Shown one piece after another: positions 13,781 to 26,035 of a stretch of 64,000 nt of DNA (positions are counted from its first letter, which is position 1; every line of letters starts with the position of its first letter). The position numbers and the translations under genes were made by a program. This stretch comes from the human T2T-CHM13v2.0 reference genome, Homo sapiens, in NCBI RefSeq assembly GCF_009914755.1, contig NC_060947.1. One strand, 5' to 3'. Below the pieces are notes generated by a model. The model did not search any database. It was not told the DNA's origin and was given only the letters and a program-made list of their open reading frames with translations.

Positions 13781-14049
13781 TATTTATAATTTGTCTAGTT
13801 CCAAAAAGGATTTGAGATGACATATTACTAGTATATTGACCCTTACCCTGATAGGTACACATTTTTCATTATTCCCTAAACAGAAATGGTTACTCAAACT
13901 GGGCAAGTGGATATTTGCAAGACTGATTCATATCAAATAAGGCATGGACTCTGTCTTCCTTGTGGACGAGTTGACACAATTTGTGATGTGTCTATGATTC
14001 AGCTAGAGAAAATAAGAAACAAGCGAAAGTCTGAATGTTTAAAGACAGT

Positions 14050-14655
14050 CCAATGGACATCTTCAACTCACCTTACCCAAAACCAATCTTACTATATTCC
14101 TCCACAATCAGCTCCTACTCATGAGTTCCCAATCTCAGCTAATAGCATAATCATGCTCCTCGTAATCCAGTCCAGATACTTGTGTATCTTCAATTCTTAT
14201 TTCTTTTCAGCTTTCCCCATCCAAACAACTTCCAGATCTCATTATTTCTGTCCCAGGCCTTCATCATTTTTACCTGGACCATTGCTATAAACTCTTAAGT
14301 CATCTCCTGCTCTCCACTCCAATTTGGACTTCTTAGTACTTTCAGAATTATCTTGCAGAAACGTGGCTTTGACTATGTCTCTTTTCTGCTCAGAAGCCTT
14401 CTATCTCTTTGGCATGCCATCCAGAATTTGTCCCCAAGCCCTCTTTTTCACATTTAATCCCCATTACCTCCCATTTTGAACTCTTCTTCTTCATATGTCA
14501 AAACTCAGTTAAAGTTCAACCCCTTTTGTAATGCTTTCCTTAAGCCTCATCCTCACCTATGGGTATTAGTAACTCATTTTGAAGCACTGCATATTAGCTA
14601 AAATTATGTATATGCAGGCCTATTTCCTTCACTGAAGGGTAACCTCCAAAAGGGC
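14050..14655. mobile_element. L2 fragments
   Basis: CT-rich L2-like stretch (CCAGGCCTTCATCATTTTTACCTGGACCATTGC...CTGCTCAGAAGCCTTC). Confidence 0.55.
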
Positions 14656-14657
14656 TT

Positions 14658-15145
14658 TGTGGTAAGCATGATAATGCACCCCCCCCACAACGAAATACGT
14701 GTCCTAATCCCAAAAAACTGTGAACATGACGCTTTATATGACAAGAGAAACTTTGCAGATGTGGTTATACTAAGGAAATTGAGATGAGAAGATCCTCCTG
14801 GACCATCAAAATAAGCCCGGTGTAATCACATGGGTTTTTAAAAGAAGAGAACCTCTCCCACCTGCAGAGAACCATAAATGTGGTAGTATAACACTGCTAC
14901 TGACTTTGAATTTGGAGTAAGGGGGTCATGATTCAAGGTAGTGAGAAGCCTCTAGAAGCTGAAAAAGGCAAAGAAATGCATTCTCTTCTAGACACCCTCA
15001 AAACTAACACAGCTGTGCCAATACCTTGACTTTAAACTAGTGATATTCATCTCAAACTTCTGATCTACAGAACTGTAAGATTAGTAAATTTGTGTTGTTT
15101 TAAGACACAGAGTTTGTGGCAATTTGTTATGGCAGTAATAGAAGT
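14658..15145 (+). mobile_element. MLT1 (MLT1D/E-like) MaLR solo LTR
   Basis: TGTGGTAAGCATGATAATG...CCTAATCCC...GCCTCTAGAAGCTGAAAAAGGCAAAGAA...TTTGTGGCAATTTGTTATGGCAGTAATAG. Confidence 0.85.
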
Positions 15146-16046
15146 TCCTAGCACCTAGTGTCACTCTTGGCCTTAGGCACTCATGGAGTACTTGAAGTAT
15201 GAACTGAGAAGGCCATATTCCAAAGCATTCTTCACATATAATCATGATATAAGGTTCTCCTTCCTGCCCAAGCTATATATTTTTTTCTATTTACCACGCC
15301 ATACTATTTTTGGGACTCTCCAGCATCAGTCCATGGCAAATGAGTACAGTTGTTATTTTTATTCACAAAACTTTGGCTGTTTATGCCCTGGCCATCTGCA
15401 TGCCAGCTAATTTACTTGGTTATTCTAAAACAAATTTGCAAATCAAAAGCCAAAATCAACATATACAACTACAGTCCTTGTTGGTTACTCAGGCATTTTC
15501 TGCCCTGTCACCTAGAAGCTGAGAGATACTAGAGGGATTCTAGCCTGAAGGAAGCTGGGTGGTATATTAGGAAGAGCCCTAAGTTGAGAAGCAGGAGACC
15601 CAGGTTCCAATCCCCATTCTGCTACCAATTAGTTTTATGACCTCGAGCAAGTCTGTGCTCCTTTGTGAAATTTAGTCTACTTGTCTACCTAATGGAGAAG
15701 TCTAGGTTGGTGGTTATTAAATGATGTTAATGCAGAAACCCCTCCTGGGTTATGGCAGGCACAGTCACAGGCCCTTGGAACTCTAATCAGCCTAATCAGC
15801 CTTGGATTTATCTGTGGAAGCTTTCATTTAAAGAAAAGTTTCCATGAGGAAATAATTCAACCCTCTTGGATTAGCTAAGCTCTACAGTCGCCTCTTGCTC
15901 TGTCATTTAACAAGCTAAGCTTGGAAGGGAGTTTTGTATAACCTACTTTGGATCTGGCCAGCCAGAGTTCAAATTTTGTTTGTTTTGGTGTTCCGTGGTT
16001 TCCCTATGATATGTCTAGGCATTGATTTCTCATTGATTATCTTTTT

Positions 16047-18217
<2,171 letters not shown>

Positions 18218-18314
18218 TCATTATATTTAATATGTTTTAGGATTCATGTCTTTCAACAATTGTGAAAAGTTATGAAGTAAAAACAAAACAAAACAAAATG
18301 AAACAAAAACAAAG

Positions 18315-18520
18315 CCCAGCTCTGACATGACATGTCTATGTATTTTTGGGCAAGCTCCTTAAACTTCTCTGTATTTATTTCTTTTTTTCTGAAAACAGGG
18401 AAAGTAATTGTACTTACCCTCTCCCATGCCAGGGTTTTGTGAGAGTTAAATTATTAATTATGTTTAATACACATGAAGTATTTAGAAATGTGCTTACCAC
18501 ATAGTATTCAACAAATGATT
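18315..18520. mobile_element. MIR fragment
   Basis: CCCAGCTCTG...TTGGGCAAGCTCCTTAAACTTCTCTG...GAAGTATTTAGAAATGTGC. Confidence 0.65.
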
Positions 18521-18919
18521 CCTTGGGAAGATCAAAGTGGGAGAAATGCCTATTTTGGGCAAGGTTTTCATTTCAGTTCACTTCTGAGAAAGTGAAACTT
18601 ATTCTAGAATGCCCTCCCCCTAACCGCTTTCTCTTCCTCTGGAGGGTGAAGAGGGCTTTGGAGGAAGACTGAAAGGAGAAGACATTCCTATTCTTTTTCT
18701 CACATTTCAACTTTGGACTCCTCTTCCTCTCACTATTTAACAGACCTAGGGCACAAAGGGATAGGGGAGGCTGGAGATCATGGGGTAATTGCCAGGCTTC
18801 TTTAAATCTGGCTTGGACTTCCATAGGGAAGCAACAAATATCTGTTGGATTGCATTGAAAGATCATCTGCAAGGGAGCTTCAGCTCAGGTGGGCAGACAA
18901 CAGTTATGTTTAACCCACA

Positions 18920-19110
18920 ACAGTGTTTCTCTTGGTTGAAGGGTTGTAATGTTAGCTTCTTACAGGTGCATCATGATTTTCTGAAACTTATCAAGAATGC
19001 ATATTTCTGTACCCCATTACAGACATGCTGAATCAGAGCCTTTTGAGGTCCAGCCTGGGAATGTGCACTTTATCCAATTTTCCAAGTGATTCCCTTCTGC
19101 CCTAGATATT
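18920..19110. mobile_element. MER5A-like hAT-Charlie MITE
   Basis: CAGTGTTTCTC...CTGAATCAGAG...GCCTGGGAATGTGCACTTTA...CCAAGTGATTC. Confidence 0.65.
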
Positions 19111-19159
19111 AAAGAAAAGGTAATGTGGGAATAGGAATGGAGGAGGCATGGAGAAACTT

Positions 19160-19410
19160 AGTGGTAAAAATAAGATCTCTGCACCTAGATTGGCTACATT
19201 TGAATCCCAACTCAAACACTTTCTGTCTACGTGATCTTGAATAAATTACTTATATTCTCTGTGCCTCAGTTTCTTCATCTACAAAGTGAAGTAATATTAT
19301 CCACTTTAATATTGCTGTGATAATTAAATGAGGTGATGTATATAAAATGTCTAACATTGTGCCTGAAATATGGTAAGAGCTGAATACATTTTTAGGTATC
19401 ATTATTACTA
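19160..19410. mobile_element. MIR
   Basis: TTGAATCCCAACTC...CTCTGTGCCTCAGTTTCTTCATCTACAAAGTG...ATTAAATGAG. Confidence 0.85.
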
Positions 19411-19514
19411 TTACAGATTTTAAGGGAGTGGGCCTTGTTAGAGCTGATGGAGGAGTGAAGACTATGTCATTTTTCTCAAGACAGGTTGGCAAGAGGGTAT
19501 CTCTGGTTCATAGT

Positions 19515-19629
19515 AGCAGACTTCTTTATAAGTCTGCTTTATAAGTAATTCTTTATAGGTAATTCTTTATAAATTACCTATTCTCAAGTAGTTCTTTATA
19601 GCAGTGCAAGAACAAACTAATACAGACAA
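19515..19629 (+). repeat. Locally templated insertion: exact 67-bp copy of 20997-21063 preceded by fold-back and stutter filler
   Basis: 19563-19629 identical to 20997-21063; inverted repeats 19515-19523/19530-19538 and 19555-19564/19572-19581. Confidence 0.93.
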
Positions 19630-20079
19630 AAAGAGCCACATACCACTGAAATCTACACAATTTTCAATAGGTTATTGACTGCTGTTCCAAAATCACATGA
19701 CCATATAAACAAGATCTGATTTGTTGGCCATTGTGGAAGTACAATTACTCTGTCACAAAGATAAAATATTTAATGCTTTCCCCAAAGGAATTTATGGGTA
19801 GAAGCTGTAACCATGATGGAATCACCATTTATATGCAGCTTTTAATATGTGAGAATGAGGTTAAAGATAGTGGTCAACTTTATACAAATTCAGGCCAAGG
19901 AGTGCCTAAACTTGCTGCTTGTATGAAAGCAGCCAATGACTTGTTTGTTTGTTTATTTTCTTGAGATGATGGTGAAATGTGATTGTCTCATCCAAAACAA
20001 CATGAATTTGGGTTATGTTAACACACACAACATCTATAATATGAGGGACAGTGACTGTTTCTCAGTTCACTCTCCAGGT

Positions 20080-20520
20080 ACTATCTTGGGGTTTCTGGAT
20101 TAATCTGGAGGAATATTACAAATTAAGAAGTGTATTCAGGGATCAGCCAGAAGAGGCAAAATTTCCAAACAACCTAGAAAACAAAAAGAGATGAAAGAAC
20201 TGTTGCTAGTTAGAATAGAGAGAAAAGTGGAGGAGCGGAATTATTATCTTCCAGAAGCTGAAAGTTTGTATTCTGCAGGAGAAAGCTGACAGTTCTGAAA
20301 CTATAGAATGAGCAAAGGCTAATGGTAGGAATCTGTGGGAAGATAGCTTACAGTTCTCTGAGAGAACAACCCAATTGAGTTATTTGACAATAGAATGATA
20401 GGAGACTCACTATTCATTGGGTAATTATTTCCCCTTCACTGGAAGAATTCAAGCAAAAATTAACCCCTATATGCCAAGAAGAACATAGATATAATCACAT
20501 ATCAGATGCAGAGTGTCTTA
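20080..20520 (+). mobile_element. L3/CR1 fragment whose 3' end resumes at about 23390-23441
   Basis: CCCTTCACTGGAAGAATTCAAGCA motif; 3' end CTCTAAGGTTCCCTCCAA...GATTTCAGGATTT after the nested elements. Confidence 0.55.
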
Positions 20521-20523
20521 ACC

Positions 20524-23390
20524 CAGTGTCCTAAATAAAATTCATGAAATCCATGAATTTTATAGAAAAAAATAAATTTTTATTTTTGCTAATTTCTAAA
20601 ACTTATCATTTTCTTCAATTATAAATATAGCCCACAAATTATACTAACAACAGTAATACTTGTAATTTTGCCACCAATTAATATGGTTTGGATTTGTGTC
20701 CCTGCCCAAATCTCACGCTGAATTGTGATTCCTGGTGTTGGAAGAGGGGCCTAGTGGGAGGTGGTTGGATCATGTGGGTGGATTTCCCTCTTTCTGTTCT
20801 TGTGATAGTGAGTTCTCATGAGGTCTGGTTGTTGAAAAGTGTTTGGCACCTCCCTCAGCTCTCTCTTCCTCCTGCTCCAGCCATGTAATACGTGACAGTT
20901 TCCCCTTTGCCTTCTGCCATGATTGAAAGTGACCTGAGGCCTCCCTAGCCATGCTTCCTGTATAGCCTGTGGAAATGTGAGTCAACTAAACCTGTTTTCT
21001 TTATAAATTACCTATTCTCAAGTAGTTCTTTATAGCAGTGCAAGAACAAACTAATACAGACAATTGGTACTGGGAGTTGGGTATTGCTAAAAGTTACCTG
21101 AAAATGTGGAAGAGACTTTGGAACTGAATAATGGTTAGAGGTTAGAACAGTTTGTAGGGCTCAGAAGAAGACTAGAAGACGGGGGAAAGTTTGGAACTCC
21201 CTAGAGACTTGTTGAATTGTTGTGACCAAAATGCTGATAGTGATATGGACAATAAAGTCCAGGCTGAGGTGATCTCAGATGGAGATGAGGAACTTATTGG
21301 GAACTGGAGCAAAGGTAACTTTTCTTATGGATTACTAAAAAGGTTGAAGACATTGTGTCCTTTCCCTAGAGGTGTGTGGAACTTTGAACTTGAGAGTAAT
21401 GATCTAGGGTATTTGGTAGGAGAAATTTCTAAGCAGCAAAACATTCAAGAAGTGACCTGGCTGCTTCTAGCAGACTATACTTATATTCATGAGCAAAGAA
21501 ATGACCTTGAATTGGAACTTATATTTAAAAAGGAAGCAGAGTGTAAAAGTTTGGAAAACTTGAGGCCCAGCCAAGTGGTAAAAAAGAAAAACCCATTTTT
21601 GGGGGAGGAATTCAAACCAGCTTTAGAAATGTGCATATGTAAAAAGAATCCAAATGTTAATAGCCCAGACAATGGGAAATGCCTCCAGGGTATTTCAGAG
21701 ACATTTGAGGTGGCCCCTCCCATCACAGGTTTGGGGGCCAAATGGGAGAAGAATAATTTCTTTGGCCAGGCTCAGGACCCTGATGCTCTGTGGAGCCTTG
21801 GGACATAGTGCTCTGCATCTCAGCCACTCCAACTCCAGCCATGTCAAAAAGGGGTGGAGCTACAGCTTGGATGATTTCTTCAGAGGGTACAAGCCCCAAT
21901 CCTTGGAGGCTTCCATGTAGTATTAAACCTATGGATGTACAGAAGGCAAGAGTTGAAGTTTGGGAGCCTCTGCCTAAATTTTAGATGTTGTATCGAAATG
22001 CCCAGATGTCCAGACAGAAGTCTGTTGCAGGAGTGGGGCCCTCATAGGGAACCTCTACTAGGGCAGTGCAGTGGGGAAATGTGGGATTTAAGCCCCCACA
22101 GAGTCGCAATTGGGGTACTGCCTAGTGGAGCTGTGAGAAGAGGGCTACCATGCTCCACACCCCAGAATGGTAGATCCACCAACAGCTTGCATCAAGCACC
22201 TGAAAAAGTCTCATGCACTCAACACCAGCCCATGAAAGCAGCTGGTGGTGGGGGGCTGTACCCTGCAGAGTCACAGAGACAGAGCTACCCAAGACCTTGG
22301 GAGCCCACCCTTTGCAACAGTGTGGCCTGAATGTGAGACGTGGAGTCAAAAAATATTATTTTAGAGCTTTAAGATTTAATGACTGGTGTGCTGGATTTCA
22401 GACTTGCATGGGGACAGTAGTCCCTTGGTTTTGGCTGATTTCTTTCTTTTGGAATGGAACTATTTAGCCAATGCTGTAATGTATATTGGCAATGTAGCCA
22501 ATGCCTCATTGTATTTTGGAAGTAACTAATGGGTTTTAATTTTATAGGCTCATAGGTGGAAGGGACTTGCCTTGTCTCAGATGAAACTTTGGACTTGGAC
22601 TTCTGAGTTAATGCTGGAATGAGTTAAGACTTTTGGGGATTGTTGGGAAGGCATGATTGTCTTTTGCATTGTGATAAGGACATGAGATTTGGGAGTGGCC
22701 AGGGGTGGAATGATATCATTTGGCTCTTTGTTCCCACCCAAATCTCATGTTGAATTGTGATCCTGAGTGTTGGAGGTGGGGCCTAGTGGGAGGTGATTTG
22801 GTCATGGGGTTAGTTACTAATCGTTTAGCACTACCTTCCTAATGCTGTCTTGTGATAGAGTGCTCATGAAATTTGGTTGTTTGAAAGTGTGTAGCACCTC
22901 CCCCTTCACTCTCTCTTTCTACTGCTCCAGACATGTAGGATGTGCCTGCTTCCTTTGCCTTCCATCATGATTGTGAGTTTCCTGAGGCCTCCACCACCAT
23001 GCTTACTGTACAGACTGTGGAGCTGTGAGTAAATTAAACCTCTTCTCTTTATAAATTATCCAGTCCCAAGTACTTATTTTTAGCAATGTAAGAACAGACT
23101 AATACACTAATATAAATCACAGATACTTTTATGTTACATTACATTTGCTGCAGATTCTTTACATATTATGTATGTTCTGTTACTTTGAAATTATGATAGC
23201 TTTTGGATCTGCCACAAAATCTTATTTTTTATTTTGTTAATAAGAAAACTCATATATTCCTATGTCTTTTTTTGTATTTTAATATAATTGGTACTTTTTA
23301 ATCCTAGCATTTTATTTTATATATTTACAAATATTATTCTAAAAAGAGGCAAGAAAGATCTGAGGAACAAAACATGCTGATTGCTCAGAT
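20524..23390. mobile_element. hAT-Charlie fossil (Charlie4a/MER80-like) split by the MSTA provirus (pieces about 20524-20678 and 23107-23390)
   Basis: AT-rich Charlie-like sequence on both sides of the provirus; family assignment from memory. Confidence 0.45.
20679..23106 (+). mobile_element. Complete MaLR provirus, MSTA-type: 5' LTR 20679-21058, internal 21059-22710, 3' LTR 22711-23106
   Basis: LTRs T(A/G)ATATGGTTTGG...CTAATACA; internal ORF 21191-21808 (LPRDLLNCCDQNADSDMDNKVQAEVISDGDEELIGNWSKG) typical of MST/THE1-int; purine tract before the 3' LTR; 5-bp TSD CCAAT/CTAAT. Confidence 0.93.
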
Positions 23391-24229
23391 TAGAGGGTTA
23401 TCCTCTAAGGTTCCCTCCAAATATGAGATTTCAGGATTTTAGGGAGCTAGAATGGTTGACAGTGAGAAATCAATTTGAGATGGATATATATTATGGTTGG
23501 ATCTCTGAATTGTTGCCATTAAGGTGAAGGAACTTGAGACAGCCTTTAAAGAAACAAAGCAATTACATGAAGTTTGAAGACAGGCAAATTAAGTCTAGAT
23601 TTCTCCCTGATCATGAAGAAAGCTGCAAAGACAACCATAATTACAGGATCTCCAAATGGCAGTTTATTCTAAATCAACATTCAATAAGTGTTGGGCATTT
23701 GGAAAAAACAGCCAGTTCCTGAAATGTAAAATAATGTGTTTAAATCAGGGAAGGAGAAAAGACTTTAACAAAGGAGAGAAAACACAGCCAAACATGCCCA
23801 GGTAGACTTTAGAATGAAGCTGGGCTGATTGTTAGCTGAAGAAACCTGGGCAATGGGAACAGGGATGCTGAGAGCTACAGTGCTTCACACATTAGCTCAT
23901 TTAACATTCAGAGCAAGACTGCAAGAGAGAGGAAAGTTATTTTTTATATCTGCCCCATTTTATAATTTGAGGAGACTGATGCTTAGGTAAAGGAACTTGT
24001 CCACGATCAAATGGTTGAACTAGGATTTAAACCCATTTCTGGCTAACCATAGCCAAAGCTATTAGCCACCCTATGCTATTTATCAAGGTTTAATATTCAA
24101 ATGCAGGTTATCTTTTACTACATGTGCATCATTTGGCAAGTAAAAATCTCATCTGTAAGATGGAAACAATAATACCAATTACGAAAGACTGTTAAGAAAA
24201 ATAGAGATGATGAATGTACTTTTCCTAAC

Positions 24230-24230
24230 T

Positions 24231-24277
<47 letters not shown>
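24230..24277. repeat. (TG)n microsatellite within a MIR remnant
   Basis: Direct reading. Confidence 0.95.
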
Positions 24278-24278
<1 letters not shown>

Positions 24279-24573
24279 GGGGTGGGGGAGGATGGTTGGT
24301 AAGGATTAAATTACATGATGTGTAAAAGCATTTATCCCTTAGCATGACCAAACAGTGAGCTCCTTGAAGTCTGAAACTGCCACTATTTTCTTTTTCCTTG
24401 AATCCTGAGTGCCTAGAACTAGAATTAACACATAAGAACTTAATAAATAATTTTTGCATAAATAAAAGAATATATGCACTATTTTATTTAATTATAATTC
24501 TAAAATACTACCATTTCATAGCATGAATAATCACATGTATCCTGAATAAGAAATTTATTTTCTGATGTAAAAG

Positions 24574-24580
24574 GAGAGAG

Positions 24581-24614
<34 letters not shown>
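24574..24614. repeat. (GA)n microsatellite
   Basis: Direct reading. Confidence 0.9.
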
Positions 24615-24659
24615 AAACTCAGACAGTTATGATATTAATGGCTTCTGAGAGCAAACCAA

Positions 24660-25365
24660 CTTAACCCCTCCTTCCCCATATCCAAGCCATCAGCAAGACC
24701 TATCATCTCTACCCTTCAAAATATATCCCAAATCTGACCACTTCTCACCACCACCACCACCGCTCTAAGCCAATTTGACATCTCTTGTCTGTACACCTGC
24801 ACTAGTAGCCTCTTTCCTGGTCTCTCTGCTTCTACTGTTATCCTCCTACAGTCTGTTATCAGAGAAGCCAGAGGAATCTTTCATAAAATTTAAATCAGAT
24901 TATGTATCCCCTCCATTTAAAAACACAAATTCCACTATGCTTAGAATAAAAGCTCAACTCTTTATCATGGTTGGAAAGGCCCTTCTTGACACAGTCAATG
25001 CTTACCCCTTTGATTCTCTCTCCTACCACACTCCTCCTGTGCATCACATCTCACTTTCACAGGCCTTCCTAAAAATTCTAAAATCTTATATTAATTCCTG
25101 ACTCAGGGCATTTAGGTTTGTTGCTCATTCTACATAGAACACCTGACTAGCTTCCTCACTTAATTCAGATCTGCTGAAATGCCATCTTCTCAGAGAGGCT
25201 TTTCTCTATCATGCTATTAGAAACATCAAATGACTCTTGTCACTCTTCTCCCCTTTACCCTGCTTTATTTTGTGTGGCCCTAAATACCACCACAAATGTT
25301 GTGTTTTGATTTATTAACATGTTTACTCTGTCTCCACAAATAAAATGTGTGCTTCTTGATGTCAG
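24660..25365. mobile_element. L2 (L2a-like) fragment
   Basis: CCTTCAAAATATATCCCAAATCTGACCACTTCTCACCACC...CTTAGAATAAAAGCTCAACTC...CCTGACTCAGGGCATTT...GCCATCTTCTCAGAGAGGC. Confidence 0.8.
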
Positions 25366-25612
25366 GGTAACACAGTGGTTAAGAGTACCAGTTCTGGTAC
25401 TGGACTCTAGATTTGAAAATTTGCTCCATCACTTACAAACCTATTATCTTGAGTAAGTTAATTAACTTAAACTTTTCTGTTTCTCAGTTTGCTCATTTGT
25501 AAAATGGGGATAAGGATGGTGTTATGATAAGAAAATATAAGAATTTTATGCAAATAAGCCAAAATAGTGTCTGCATATAGTAAGTGCTGTATAAGTGCTA
25601 GTTATTGTTATT
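25366..25612. mobile_element. MIR
   Basis: CAGTGGTTAAGAG...TTTCTGTTTCTCAGTTTGCTCATTTGTAAAATGGGGATAA...CATATAGTAAGTGCT. Confidence 0.8.
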
Positions 25613-25938
25613 ACTCTCTTCTCTATTTCAACACTTTGGAAAAACTTCTGGAACATAGCAAGCATTTAATCAATACATATAGAATAATCATGTATGTGCG
25701 TTGTGGACCTGGTTTTCATAGCAATTATAAGAACAAGTTAAATGACAAAAGTTTAAAGAGAACAGAAAGGTTCCATTGCTTGTTATCTCCCAGCATGCCA
25801 AAGCAATGACACTGACGGAGGATGAGAAAGTCACTCAAAAAGAAAAGGAAGAAGCATCATATATCCCTCAAATTTGAGGGTGGTGCTAAGCTGGGGGGTA
25901 TCAATAGTCAATAGAGAGAAGCAAAGACGCATGTGTTC

Positions 25939-25952
25939 ATGTGTGTGTGTCT

Positions 25953-25990
<38 letters not shown>

Positions 25991-26035
25991 CAGAGAAAGA
26001 GAAAGGGAGAGAGATATATAGATAGAGACAGAGAG
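25939..26035. repeat. (TG)n(GA)n compound microsatellite
   Basis: Direct reading. Confidence 0.9.

Noticed and set aside
13886-14290. 134-aa ATG-initiated ORF
   Set aside because: Second half lies in L2-like sequence; no recognisable homology
15783-15802. CTAATCAGC tandem duplication
   Set aside because: Ordinary 9-bp slippage duplication with no further structure
21191-21808. 205-aa ORF as a domesticated gene
   Set aside because: Standard MaLR-internal ORF remnant with a non-ATG start and downstream frameshifts; no sign of selection visible
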